64,000 nt of DNA, taken from the NCBI GenBank assembly GCA_964544275.1, contig CAZIZX010000002.1, forward strand, positions 2,056 to 66,055, given 5' to 3'. Below the pieces are notes generated by a model. The model did no database searches. It was not told where the DNA came from and saw only the letters and a program-made list of their open reading frames with translations. The translations under genes were made by a program, and so were the position numbers. Of the stretch, positions 18,883 through 28,384 are shown piece after piece; positions within the stretch are counted from its first letter, which is position 1; each line of letters begins with the position of its first letter. The DNA comes from an uncultured Gammaproteobacteria bacterium (lineage in GTDB: Bacteria > Patescibacteriota > Microgenomatia > UBA12405).

Positions 18883-19645
18883 TTAATATTTGGGAACGGC
18901 AATAAAAGTAATGGAATTGGAATAATTACCGGCTGATTGGAGAGGAGAAATGTTGGCTTTGTAAGTGATACGGGCAGAGTGCTGTTCAACAGGTGAATCT
19001 TCGGACATGATTATTTGGCTGGTTTCGGGTGGAGTGGCGGAGGAGTTGGCAAATTGGCGAAAATAGCTGGAGTCGGGAAAGTGTTGGGAAGTGCCAATAC
19101 CGATGGGAGAAAGAAGGTGGTTGATACCAGAGGCATTGAAGCCGAAGCCATAAGTAGCGCCGTTGGTCCAGACGCCGGAGACTGATTCGGAGCAGGTATG
19201 GGTATCGCAAGTAGTGTCGGGGATGGTAACTCCGGAAGCGAGGGAGAGAGGGTGGTTTTGGAAGGTTAGGATTTGGTAGCCTTGGCCAGAAGGAGTAGTG
19301 ATGGTAATAATGTTGGAGTCGGTGGAGCCGATACCGGGAGTAAGAGTGCCGAGGTTGACTAAGAGGTTATCAATTTCAAAAGAAAAATCACTGCGGAAGG
19401 AGTCGTAAATGTATTGGAAGCCGGATTTGAGAGTGTAGCCATTATTGTCAAATTGGCCGGGGGCATTTTGACCAATAGTATCGGTGAGGTTGTAGTTGGA
19501 AGAAGACTTGCTGCCGGAGGTAATGTTAAAGTTGCCCCAATCTATTTGGTAGGAAGGGGAAGTAAAAGTCTGACTGAAAACGAGTTGGGTAAAAAGGAGG
19601 AAGAGTGGAGTGGCGGCGATAAAAAAAATTAATTTAAGTTTCATC
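18883..19645 (-). CDS. Secreted surface protein with WxL-like C-terminal domain (ends ..SAGNYSNSITFIAVPKY)
   Basis: Start at MKLKLIFFIAATP (complement of 19643-19645), a signal peptide. The ORF-track start is 19842. The C-terminal domain is homologous to 13664..15145 (TIPDTTCDTHTCS..W..GFGFN..AGNY). Confidence 0.5.
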
Positions 19646-20281
19646 AGTTTCCCGGTCGATTTGACGGGTGAGATTTTGGGAAGAATCGAGTAATGATTGA
19701 GAGATTTTTTTGATTTTGACAAGTTCATTTTTTTGATTGGGGGTGAGTTTGGGATTGGATTGAAGGAGAGAGACAGAATCAAGGATGTCAAGCAGGTGGT
19801 TTTTGAAATCAAGAGAAAGGAAAAAGAAGATGTCGGTTTCATTCTTGGCGAGACTGTTGGTCATTTTGAGATTATTCAGGTATTGACGGCCGACGTACCA
19901 AGCCAGGGGTGAAATGAAAACGAGTGATAGAAGAGGGAGGAGGGAAGAAGTGGAGTTGAGAGATTGGGATAGGAGTATTATGAGAAAAAGAGAGTAAGCT
20001 AGGGTGGTGCTAGGCGGATGGTGAAAGGCCAGGACAAATAAGAGGAAGTAAATTAAGAAAAAGAAAGGTGAGCTGAGACCCGAGGTGCCAAAGACAATGA
20101 GGTTGATTAAAAGGGAGACGAGGAATAAATTAAGAGTTTGGCGGCGAAGAGAAACGGTTAACAGGACAATTGAGATAAGGGCAATAATTTGGGGTAGATA
20201 ATGAGAAAGCGGGGTGAGAGAAAGGAGAAACCCAAAAAGGGAGGTGAGCGACAATAATGAAATAACTGTTAGTTGTGACAT
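19634..20281 (-). CDS. Polytopic membrane protein, function unknown
   Basis: 215 aa. About 5-6 predicted TM helices, then a polar C-terminal tail. Overlaps the downstream gene by 12 nt. Confidence 0.45.
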   Translation of the reverse strand: MSQLTVISLLSLTSLFGFLLSLTPLSHYLPQIIALISIVLLTVSLRRQTLNLFLVSLLINLIVFGTSGLSSPFFFLIYFLLFVLAFHHPPSTTLAYSLFLIILLSQSLNSTSSLLPLLSLVFISPLAWYVGRQYLNNLKMTNSLAKNETDIFFFLSLDFKNHLLDILDSVSLLQSNPKLTPNQKNELVKIKKISQSLLDSSQNLTRQIDRETDET

Positions 20282-20345
20282 GATGTAATTTTAGTATAGT
20301 CAAAATTTTGTCTATTAACGAGAGGGAATCAAGTGCTAGACTGAG

Positions 20346-20927
20346 ATGGTGTTGAATAAATTACATAAGTTTAGCTGGCTGGATTTGGTTTTGTTGGCTG
20401 GTTTGGGGTTGATCGTGGTTGGGTTGGGGATGAGTATACGAAACAGTAGCAAAACGGCTGAGGTGGAAATAATTAAGAGAGGGAAAGCGGAAGAAGCAGA
20501 AGTTGATAGTGATATTATGGTTGACATAGCAGGAGAGGTGATAAAACCTGGAGTTTACAAATTGAGGCGAGGGATGAGAATAAATGATGGGTTGGCGGCG
20601 GCGGGCGGGTTATCGGCTGGGGCAGATAGGGAATGGGTAGAAAAAAGTTTAAACAGGGCGGAGTTGGTATATGATGGACTGAAAATATATATTCCAAAAC
20701 AAGGGGAAGTGATGGCCAGTGTGGCTGAAGCTGGCGGCAAAATCAGTATTAACCGATCCGGGCTGGAAGAGCTAAATAAATTGACGGGGATCGGGCCAGC
20801 TTTGGCCCAGAGAATAATTGACTATCGGGAGAAAATGGGTGGATTTAAAAATGTAGAAGAGATAAAGGCGGTAAGTGGAATTGGAGAAAAGATGTATGAA
20901 AAAATCAAAGACGAGATTAGTTTGTGA
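20346..20927 (+). CDS. comEA: Competence protein ComEA (DNA receptor, helix-hairpin-helix)
   Basis: 193 aa. TM anchor, SLBB-like middle, C-terminal tandem HhH (..LNKLTGIGPALAQRIIDYREKMGGFKNVEEIKAVSGIGEKMYEKI). Confidence 0.85.
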   Translation: MVLNKLHKFSWLDLVLLAGLGLIVVGLGMSIRNSSKTAEVEIIKRGKAEEAEVDSDIMVDIAGEVIKPGVYKLRRGMRINDGLAAAGGLSAGADREWVEKSLNRAELVYDGLKIYIPKQGEVMASVAEAGGKISINRSGLEELNKLTGIGPALAQRIIDYREKMGGFKNVEEIKAVSGIGEKMYEKIKDEISL

Positions 20928-21852
20928 GGAGTGGGGGATAAACTTTGGTTTGGTGGTAGCGATATATTTGATGTATAGGTTTATAGATAAGCAGGGTTTG
21001 ATTGATGTGGTTTGGCGAGCTTTGCCGGACAGGGAAGCCGGTTTGTTGTCGGGAATGCTTTTGGGGGTGAAGGATTTTGAGGGGCAGTTTTATAATGATT
21101 TAAAGGAGGTGGGGTTGGTTCATCTGGTGGTGGCCAGTGGAGCTAATGTGGCTTTGATAACCAGGATGGTGACTGAAAAGCTGGCAGGTTGGCTGGGTAG
21201 GAAAAGGGCTGTCGTGTTGGGCTTGGCAGCGGTTTGGGGATATGCCCGAATGGTGGGGTGGGAGGCGCCGATTATTAGAGCAGCGATCTTGATTTCGATT
21301 TTTTATTGGGGCCAATTGTTGGGAAGGAAATACAATGTGTTGAGGGGTTTGGGATTGGCGATAATAGTTATGATGGTGGCGAATTTCGACTATGTGACTT
21401 CAGTGAGTTTTTGGTTGAGCGTGGTGGCTTTTGGGGCAATTGCGATAAGAAATAATGAGGGACAAGGAAAGATGTGGCTGGTAGACGATTTAAAAACTAC
21501 AGGTTGGGTAAGTTTGTGGGTTAGTCCAATATTGGCCAAAGTATTTGGGGAGTTTAGTTTGGTGGGACCAATGATTGGCGCATTTTGTTTGTTTCTGGTG
21601 GAATATATTAGTGTGGTGGGAGGAGTGGGGGTGTTAGTTGGGTTAGTTTGGCCGTTTGGAGGAAGGTTGATATTGATGTTTTTGTATCCATTTTTAAAGT
21701 ATTTAGTTATGGTTTCTGAGGGCGTTGGTAGTTGGTCGTGGATAACTGTAGATTTGAATTTTAATTGGTATCTTTTGGCGGGATGGTATGTGGTACTTTT
21801 GTATGTATTACTGAGGAGAGTTAATGAAAACAAGAATCCTGCTTTTATTTAG
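20875..21852 (+). CDS. comEC: ComEC/Rec2 competence (membrane channel) domain protein, the N-terminal half of a split comEC
   Basis: ..LVHLVVASGANVALITRMV..WGYARMVGWEAPIIRAAILISIFYWGQLLGRKYNVLRGLGLAIIVMM.. is the Competence domain (PF03772) pattern. The ORF-track start overlaps comEA by 53 nt, so the real start may be downstream. Confidence 0.75.
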   Translation: MELEKRCMKKSKTRLVCEEWGINFGLVVAIYLMYRFIDKQGLIDVVWRALPDREAGLLSGMLLGVKDFEGQFYNDLKEVGLVHLVVASGANVALITRMVTEKLAGWLGRKRAVVLGLAAVWGYARMVGWEAPIIRAAILISIFYWGQLLGRKYNVLRGLGLAIIVMMVANFDYVTSVSFWLSVVAFGAIAIRNNEGQGKMWLVDDLKTTGWVSLWVSPILAKVFGEFSLVGPMIGAFCLFLVEYISVVGGVGVLVGLVWPFGGRLILMFLYPFLKYLVMVSEGVGSWSWITVDLNFNWYLLAGWYVVLLYVLLRRVNENKNPAFI

Positions 21853-22600
21853 TGCAATTTTTTTGGTGGCGGCATATTTGATAGCGATGCCTGACGGGAG
21901 GGCGAGAATAATATTTTGTGATGTGGGACAAGGTGATGCTATATTGGTGAGCCGGGGATTTGAACAGATATTGGTGGATACCGGGACTGACAATAAAAAA
22001 GTGTTGAGGTGTTTGGACAAGTACCTAGCTTTTTGGGATAAGAATATTGATTTGTTAATTATTAGCCATGAGGATAAAGACCATTTCGGAGGATTGGCGG
22101 ATGTGGAAAAGAATTATAAGATAGGAGAGATAGTATATGGGGTGAGTCAGAGTAAAGAATTTGAACAAAAAAGTAATGCAAAACAAGTGAGGAGAAATGA
22201 TATTGTCAGAATGGGGGATATATATTTTGAGGTGGTAAATCCGGAGGAAAAATTCATAAGTAATTTTGGAGATAATGATAATTCGGTAGCTGGTATCTTA
22301 AAATATAAAGATATAAGAATATTGTTGACAGGAGATGTGTCAGAGGAGGTGGAGAAGATGTGGGTGTGGAGAGAAATGCTGACGGAGCGAATTGATGTGT
22401 TAAAAGTAGCGCATCATGGGTCGGGCCATTCGACCAGCGGTGAGTTTTTGGATTTAATCAAACCAATTGAGGCGGTGATTAGTGTAGGGAAGAATAGTTA
22501 TGGACATCCAAGTGGAGAAGTGTTGGAGAGACTGGAAAAGAGAGGGGTAAAGGTGAGGAGAACAGACGATGGAGGAGACGTGGTTTTCTTTATTGATTAA
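21824..22600 (+). CDS. comEC: ComEC C-terminal metallo-beta-lactamase domain protein (second half of split comEC)
   Basis: ..IIFCDVGQGDAILV..DLLIISHEDKDHFGG..LLTGD..KVAHHGSGHS..SVGKNSYGHPSGEVL is the MBL-fold HxHxDH-type motif series of the ComEC C-terminus. It begins 29 nt before the upstream ORF ends, in another frame. Confidence 0.8.
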   Translation: MKTRILLLFSAIFLVAAYLIAMPDGRARIIFCDVGQGDAILVSRGFEQILVDTGTDNKKVLRCLDKYLAFWDKNIDLLIISHEDKDHFGGLADVEKNYKIGEIVYGVSQSKEFEQKSNAKQVRRNDIVRMGDIYFEVVNPEEKFISNFGDNDNSVAGILKYKDIRILLTGDVSEEVEKMWVWREMLTERIDVLKVAHHGSGHSTSGEFLDLIKPIEAVISVGKNSYGHPSGEVLERLEKRGVKVRRTDDGGDVVFFID

Positions 22601-23582
22601 CGTGGGCGAAGGTGGCGGCAGATATTTTTTTGATAGTTTGCGATAAGTTGTCAAAATCTTGTCCTCGGGTCATAACGCAAAGAAGATATGGTTTTTGGGG
22701 ATGATAGATGATACCGCAGTCATGGAGTTGTTTTTCGTGGGAGGGGAGGAATTGACGCTCGCCGAATTTGTGAGCGACGTCTATATTTTTGGGTACACCG
22801 GCACGAAGAGCGTTAGTGTACTTGGTTTGGGTTAATAATTTGAGAGCTTTTTCAGACATGGTTTGATTTAGATAGGAGGCGTTGAAAAGAATTCGGTAAA
22901 AGGCGGCGTAGTCTTTGACCCTGATTATGTTGCCGGACGGATTGTCTTTGGCTTTGCTAAGATTGATACCTAATAAGTCGTAAATGTGATAAATTTTTGA
23001 GTTGTCAATGTTTTCGGCTAAAGTTTCGTAGGCCTGATTGTCGGAATAGATGATCATGCGATTGATAAGTTCTTCAACAGAATATTCTTTGTTGGCAATA
23101 ACGGTTGTTTCTGGGTCAATATTTTGATCTTCGGGATTATAGATTTCTTTGTTGACAATTAGTTTCTGGAGAATTTCAGGATGAGTCTCGGCCTCTTTGT
23201 AATAGGCCATCATGACAGGAACTTTGATCAGACTGGCCGGGGAAAAGAGCTCTTTTTCTTTTATACCTATCCAAGGTCCATTGTTGAGGTCGCGGTAATA
23301 GATGGATATAAATTGAGCGTTGTTTTGAGAAACTTGGTCAGCAATGATATTTTCAAAAGATTTTTTGAGAGTTAAAAGGCCGGTTTCGTTTGTAGACTGG
23401 GAGTTTTCGCACTCAAGGAGGGGATTGGTGTAAGAATTGTTTTGTTTACTTCTAATTTCGCTAAATACGGAGGTAGAGGTGGAGGTGGGGGGGTTAATGG
23501 CATAGGAAATTATCAGGCCCAAAAAAATTCCGCCAATTGAAAAAAATAAACAGTTAAGCTTTTGGTTAGAAAAATGAGCCAT
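22590..23582 (-). CDS. Membrane-anchored class-A beta-lactamase-fold serine hydrolase
   Basis: 330 aa. N-terminal anchor, SxxK (FSPASLIKVP), SDN (YSDN) and a KTG-like (HKFG) motif in the correct order. Confidence 0.7.
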   Translation of the reverse strand: MAHFSNQKLNCLFFSIGGIFLGLIISYAINPPTSTSTSVFSEIRSKQNNSYTNPLLECENSQSTNETGLLTLKKSFENIIADQVSQNNAQFISIYYRDLNNGPWIGIKEKELFSPASLIKVPVMMAYYKEAETHPEILQKLIVNKEIYNPEDQNIDPETTVIANKEYSVEELINRMIIYSDNQAYETLAENIDNSKIYHIYDLLGINLSKAKDNPSGNIIRVKDYAAFYRILFNASYLNQTMSEKALKLLTQTKYTNALRAGVPKNIDVAHKFGERQFLPSHEKQLHDCGIIYHPQKPYLLCVMTRGQDFDNLSQTIKKISAATFAHVNQ

Positions 23583-23654
23583 GATTAGTAGTATATTAGC
23601 AGTATTTTGGATAGTATGAAGGGGGTAAGTTGGTGTGGTAAAATTCTGCCATAA

Positions 23655-26105
23655 ATGGCAGATAAATTATTTAAAAGCAGAGAAAGAAAATGGCAGAAGT
23701 ACTGGGAAGAACACCCTGAGTTTTATAGGGTGAAAGGTGAAGATGATAAAACGAAGAAAAAGTATGTATTGGTAGAATTTCCTTATCCATCGGGAAGTGG
23801 TTTGCACATTGGGCATACTTTTACTTTTACAGGAGGAGATGTGTATGCTAGGTATTTGAGGATGAGAGGATTTGAGGTGCTGTTCCCAATGGGGTGGGAT
23901 GCTTTTGGGCTGCCAACGGAAAATTATGCAATAAAAAGCGGCAGGAAGCCTCAAGAGGTGACGAAGGAAAATACGGATATGTTCCGAAAACAAATGAAAG
24001 AACTAGCTTTTTCATTTGACTGGAGCCGGGAAGTTAATACGAGCGACCCGAATTATTACAAGTGGACACAGTGGATATTCATACAGTTGTATAAACATGG
24101 ATTAGCTTATAAGCAGGAGATGCCGATTAACTGGTGCCCATCATGCAAGACGGGCCTGGCCAATGAGGAGGTGGTGGAGGGGAAGTGTGAAAGATGTGGG
24201 TCAGAAGTAAGCCGGAGAAATATTTCTCAATGGGTGGTGAAAATAACCAATTATGCAGATAAGCTTTTGGAAGGATTAGAAAAAACAGATTTTGTGGAGA
24301 AAGTGAAGGCGGCCCAGATAAATTGGATTGGGAAGTCGGAGGGAGTAAAGGTCAGGTTTAAACTACCCGATAGTCACGACTTGGAGGTGTTTACCACCAG
24401 ACCGGATACTTTGTTCGGGGCGACTTTTATGGTAGTGGCACCAGAACACGAGTTGGCTTTGGAGGCGGCAAAGACAAAAAAAGAAGTGGAGGCTTATTTG
24501 GAGGCGGCCAGGAAAAAATCGGACATGGAAAGGACGGAACTGAACAAGGAGAAAACGGGGGTATTTTCCGGTGTTTATGCAATCAACCCGGTGAACGATA
24601 AGGAAATTCCAGTTTGGGTTTCCGATTTCGTATTAGCGTCTTATGGTACCGGGGCAATTATGAGTGTGCCGGCTCATGATGGGAGAGATTGGGCTTTTGC
24701 TAAAAAATTCGATTTGCCGATTGTGCCGGTGGTGGAAACGGAGAGCAAGTGGGATTTTGACAAGAGGGCCAGAGAGGAAGTGGACGAGGGAAAGATGATG
24801 AATTCGGATTTTATAAATGGTATGACGCCAAAGATGGCAATTGAAAAAATGACAGTCTGGCTGGAAGAAAAGCAGTTGGGAGTCAGGACTAATTCGTATC
24901 ATCTGAGAGATTGGATATTTAGTCGACAACATTATTGGGGAGAGCCGATTCCGATGATATATTGTGATGAGTGCGGTTGGCAGCCAGTTGAGGAAAAAGA
25001 TTTGCCGGTGAGATTACCGGAGGTAGAAAAATATGAGCCGAACGATAGGGGTGAAAGTCCTTTGGCTAATATATCAGAATGGGTGAATACGACTTGTCCT
25101 GGGTGTGGCGGTAGGGCTAAAAGAGAAACGGACACAATGCCCAACTGGGCTGGTTCAGATTGGTATTTTTTGAGATATATTGATCCTATAAATGATATAG
25201 TTTTAGCTAGTTTGGAAAAGTTGAAATATTGGCTGCCGGTAGATATTTATGTAGGGGGTGACGAACACAACACGCTTCATTTGCTATATTCCAGATTTAT
25301 ATATAAGTTTTTGTATGATATTGGAGTGGTGCCAGAGGAAATTGAAGAGCCGTACTATAAAAGATTGTCTCATGGGGTAATTTTGGGTTCAGATAACCAG
25401 AGAATGAGTAAGTCCCGAGGGAATGTAATATTGCCAGAAACAGTGTCTGCCGAATATGGAGTGGACGTAGTGAGAATGTATTTGATGTTTATGGGGCCGT
25501 TTGACAGCACTATGGCCTGGAACGAAAAGACATTAATGGGGGTGAAGAGGTTTCTGGACAGGTTTGAAAAGCAGGTGAAGCTAAAAATTGAGCAGTTAGA
25601 TACGATTAGTGCTAGCAGTCATGATGTGAAAGTGATAATAAACAAGTTAATTAAAGGGGCGGGAGAGGATTTGGCTAAGTTGAGATTTAATACCATGATA
25701 GCCAAGATGATGGAAGCGTTAAATGAATTATCAACAGAGGAGAGAGTGATGGACAGAAGTGATGTCAAGGCGTTGATTCAAGTTTTGGCCCCGGTGGCGC
25801 CATACTTGTCTGAGGACCTGTGGAGTAGAGTGAGAGAAGAAGCTGATCCGGTTTCGGTGCATGTGAGCCGGTGGCCTGAGATTAATGAAAGTTATTTGAT
25901 AGAAGAAAAAATTAAAATGGCGGTGGCGGTGAACGGAAAAGTTCGGGATGAGATAGAGGTTGAGTCCGGTTTGGTTAATGAAGAAGAGATGGTAGTTGGT
26001 TTGGCCAGAAATCTTTCCAAGATAAAGAGCTGGATTGAAGGGAAAGAGGTGGTAAAGGAATTTTATGTACCCGGGAAGATGGTTAATTTTGTAGTGAGAG
26101 AATAA
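23655..26105 (+). CDS. leuS: Leucyl-tRNA synthetase
   Basis: 816 aa. HIGH (..LHIGHTF..), KMSKS (..RMSKSRGN..), CP1 editing region and a Zn-binding Cys cluster. An extended -10 (TGGTAAAAT) lies upstream. Confidence 0.95.
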   Translation: MADKLFKSRERKWQKYWEEHPEFYRVKGEDDKTKKKYVLVEFPYPSGSGLHIGHTFTFTGGDVYARYLRMRGFEVLFPMGWDAFGLPTENYAIKSGRKPQEVTKENTDMFRKQMKELAFSFDWSREVNTSDPNYYKWTQWIFIQLYKHGLAYKQEMPINWCPSCKTGLANEEVVEGKCERCGSEVSRRNISQWVVKITNYADKLLEGLEKTDFVEKVKAAQINWIGKSEGVKVRFKLPDSHDLEVFTTRPDTLFGATFMVVAPEHELALEAAKTKKEVEAYLEAARKKSDMERTELNKEKTGVFSGVYAINPVNDKEIPVWVSDFVLASYGTGAIMSVPAHDGRDWAFAKKFDLPIVPVVETESKWDFDKRAREEVDEGKMMNSDFINGMTPKMAIEKMTVWLEEKQLGVRTNSYHLRDWIFSRQHYWGEPIPMIYCDECGWQPVEEKDLPVRLPEVEKYEPNDRGESPLANISEWVNTTCPGCGGRAKRETDTMPNWAGSDWYFLRYIDPINDIVLASLEKLKYWLPVDIYVGGDEHNTLHLLYSRFIYKFLYDIGVVPEEIEEPYYKRLSHGVILGSDNQRMSKSRGNVILPETVSAEYGVDVVRMYLMFMGPFDSTMAWNEKTLMGVKRFLDRFEKQVKLKIEQLDTISASSHDVKVIINKLIKGAGEDLAKLRFNTMIAKMMEALNELSTEERVMDRSDVKALIQVLAPVAPYLSEDLWSRVREEADPVSVHVSRWPEINESYLIEEKIKMAVAVNGKVRDEIEVESGLVNEEEMVVGLARNLSKIKSWIEGKEVVKEFYVPGKMVNFVVRE

Positions 26106-26121
26106 GGTAAAATAGAGATAG

Positions 26122-27351
26122 ATGGAAGAGCAGAAATTGGTAGAACTGAATAATGGTATCAGGCTGGTTTTGGTTCCGGTAGCGGGTTTGAGAGCGGTAA
26201 CTACGGAAGTGTTTTTTATGATGGGATCAAAGTACGAGACAAAAGATGAACAAGGAATTAGCCACTTTTTGGAGCATATGGCATTTAAGGGAAGCAAAAA
26301 GCGGTTGAGTGCTTATGATATTAACGGTGAAATAGACGGCAAGGGAGCTTCTTACAATGCAGGGACGAGTTATGAAACGACTTCGTATCACATTACTACA
26401 GTGAAGGAGAGTTTACCCTGGGCGGTGGAAATATTATCGGATATTTTGATTAACGCTACATACCCGGAAAATGAAGTAATAAAAGAAAGAGGGGTGATAG
26501 CTGAGGAAATAAAAATGTATCAAGACAATCCAATGATGGGTTTGAGTGGGGATTTTACAGAGTTTATGTACGGAAGGTCCCCGATTGGCTGTTGGAATAT
26601 TGCCGGTAGAGTGGGCGATGTAGTGAGAATAGACCGAAAGCAGCTGGTTGATTACAGGAATAGATACTTGAATACCAAAGACTTGGTAATAGTGGTGGCG
26701 GGAGATGTGAACGAGGCAGTAGAAGAGGATGTTAAGAAATATTTTGGTGGGCTGGAGGTTAGACCGAGTGTTTTGCCGGAGGTTGAAATTATATTAACGG
26801 AAGACAAGGAAAAGAAAGTTAGACGAAAGGAAATTGAGCAGGGCCATTTTTGTATGGGATTGCCGACGATAGCGCGAAACGATAAAAGAAGATACGCGCT
26901 GAAATTGCTGGACTTAATATTGTGTGGGAATACGTCATCTAGGTTATATAACCTGATTCGGGAAGAAAAAGGATGGGCTTATTATATATTTTCTGCCAGC
27001 GAGTCGTTAAAAGAGGATGGTTTTTGGGCGGTCCAGTCGGGAGTAAAGATGGATAAGCTGAATGAGGCGATAGAATTGTGCCAGGAGGAAATAACAAGTT
27101 TGAGTGGGACGTTGACTGAGGGAGAGCTACAGAGATCCAAGGACTATGTGATGGGTAAGATGAAATTGGCAATGGACAGGAGTGACTTTTGGTCGGGGTT
27201 CGTTGGCAGGAGATTGCTGCTGGACGGAGAGCTGGTTAAGTTGGAAGAAGAACTGACAAAGTATAGACAGGTAAGTATTGGAGAAGTGAGAGAAGTGGCC
27301 CGAACTTTTTTCGTGAAAAAGAATATAAGAATTATGACAGTTTCACGATAA
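26122..27351 (+). CDS. M16-family (pitrilysin-like) zinc peptidase
   Basis: 409 aa. Inverted zinc motif HFLEH (..GISHFLEHMAFKGS..) and a downstream E. TAAAAT lies 10 nt upstream. Confidence 0.85.
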   Translation: MEEQKLVELNNGIRLVLVPVAGLRAVTTEVFFMMGSKYETKDEQGISHFLEHMAFKGSKKRLSAYDINGEIDGKGASYNAGTSYETTSYHITTVKESLPWAVEILSDILINATYPENEVIKERGVIAEEIKMYQDNPMMGLSGDFTEFMYGRSPIGCWNIAGRVGDVVRIDRKQLVDYRNRYLNTKDLVIVVAGDVNEAVEEDVKKYFGGLEVRPSVLPEVEIILTEDKEKKVRRKEIEQGHFCMGLPTIARNDKRRYALKLLDLILCGNTSSRLYNLIREEKGWAYYIFSASESLKEDGFWAVQSGVKMDKLNEAIELCQEEITSLSGTLTEGELQRSKDYVMGKMKLAMDRSDFWSGFVGRRLLLDGELVKLEEELTKYRQVSIGEVREVARTFFVKKNIRIMTVSR

Positions 27352-27639
27352 TTGAGTAAAAAATTCTTGGAAAAAGCGGCTTTTAGCAATCGATTGTTTT
27401 TCTGCTAAGGAGATTTTTGATAGTTTTTTCTGAGAAAATAGGGGTTTTAACAAGATTTCGGTTGTTTGTTTCTATAGTGGAAAAGTTGATAAAGTTAAGA
27501 GGCGTATTCTGGGGTAAATGATGTATTTTGTAATAGTTTAAGGAGAATTAATAAAAACAGGGGTAAATGTTGATTGAAAATTATGAACTTGATGGAGGGG
27601 GAAGTGAAGTTTTGTGGCTATATGCGGTTTTTATGTTAT

Positions 27640-27850
27640 AAATACGATTTATTTGATATAAATAGGTAGGGGTTTTTGAAAGAAATAATGCGGATAAATT
27701 ATAGTGATATTTAATGGTAAAAATGTTGATTAAAGAAATAAAAATACTGCGGGAAAAAACAAAAATAAAGCGGTGAAATGGTTGATAAGAGGCTAAAAAG
27801 TGCGGTAAAAAAATAAGTTAATGCGGTAATATTGAAAATGGATGAAGGAG
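27640..27850. repeat. Degenerate AT-rich direct repeats (units resembling GCGGTrAAAT..GtTGATwrAG) in a 520-bp convergent non-coding region
   Basis: Recurring GCGG(A/T/G)(A/T)AAA and (G)GTAAATGTTGATTrAA-like units: ggtaaatgttgattgaaaa, ggtaaaaatgttgattaaag, gcggtgaaatggttgataagag, gcggtaatattgaaaatggatgaag. No coding potential in the ORF track. Confidence 0.3.
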
Positions 27851-27870
27851 GGTTAAGAGAAAATGAATTC

Positions 27871-27945
27871 TGGTGTCCCCACCAGGAATCGAACCTGGAT
27901 TTGTCGCTTAGGAGGCGACTGTTCTATCCATTGAACTATGAGGAC
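27871..27945 (-). tRNA. tRNA-Arg (anticodon CCU), CCA encoded
   Basis: The reverse complement folds as GTCCTCA / TA / GTTC-AATGGATA-GAAC / A / GTCGC-CTCCTAA-GCGAC / AAAT / CCAGG-TTCGATT-CCTGG / TGGGGAC-A-CCA. The 7-bp acceptor stem includes one G-U pair. Anticodon loop is CU-CCU-AA. Confidence 0.8.
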
Positions 27946-28006
27946 GGGTATCAAAGAGGGATACTGGCGGGAACTTGAGAAGACAAGCTTTTGGACCAGT
28001 ACCTAG

Positions 28007-28080
28007 TCGGGGATACTGGATTCGAACCAGCAACCTCGCGAACCCGAATCGCGCGCGCTAGCCAATTGCGCCAATCCCCG
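28007..28080 (-). tRNA. tRNA-Pro (anticodon CGG), CCA not encoded
   Basis: The reverse complement folds as CGGGGAT / TG / GCGC-AATTGGCTA-GCGC / G / CGCGA-TTCGGGT-TCGCG / AGGTT / GCTGG-TTCGAAT-CCAGT / ATCCCCG-A. Anticodon loop is UU-CGG-GU. Upstream on the minus strand is a candidate promoter, CTGACT-16-TATAAT, at about 28095-28125. Confidence 0.8.
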
Positions 28081-28384
28081 TTTTGGATATGGTGTATTAT
28101 AACTTATTTGGTTGAGAAGTCAGTTAAATTTATTATGATATGTTTAGAGTTATAAAGGTAGATAAAGATATAGATAAGCTGGCAGTCGAGTGGTGTTACT
28201 GGCAGATTAGGTAAGGGATTGCTAGATAAGATTTAATGAATATTAGTCAGATAAACCCAAATAAAGTTAATGTTTCTGTATTTGGGTGAAGGTTTTAGAA
28301 GTTTTTCGGGGTGAAATGATGTGGTTAAAATATAGGATATGCCCAAGGGCTTGACTATAGGAACCAGAGTAATTAAACTGAAGT

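Noticed and set aside
27640-27850. Possible CRISPR array
   Set aside because: The repeats are degenerate and irregularly spaced, without unique spacers of constant length, and no cas genes are present. Treated as ordinary degenerate repeats.
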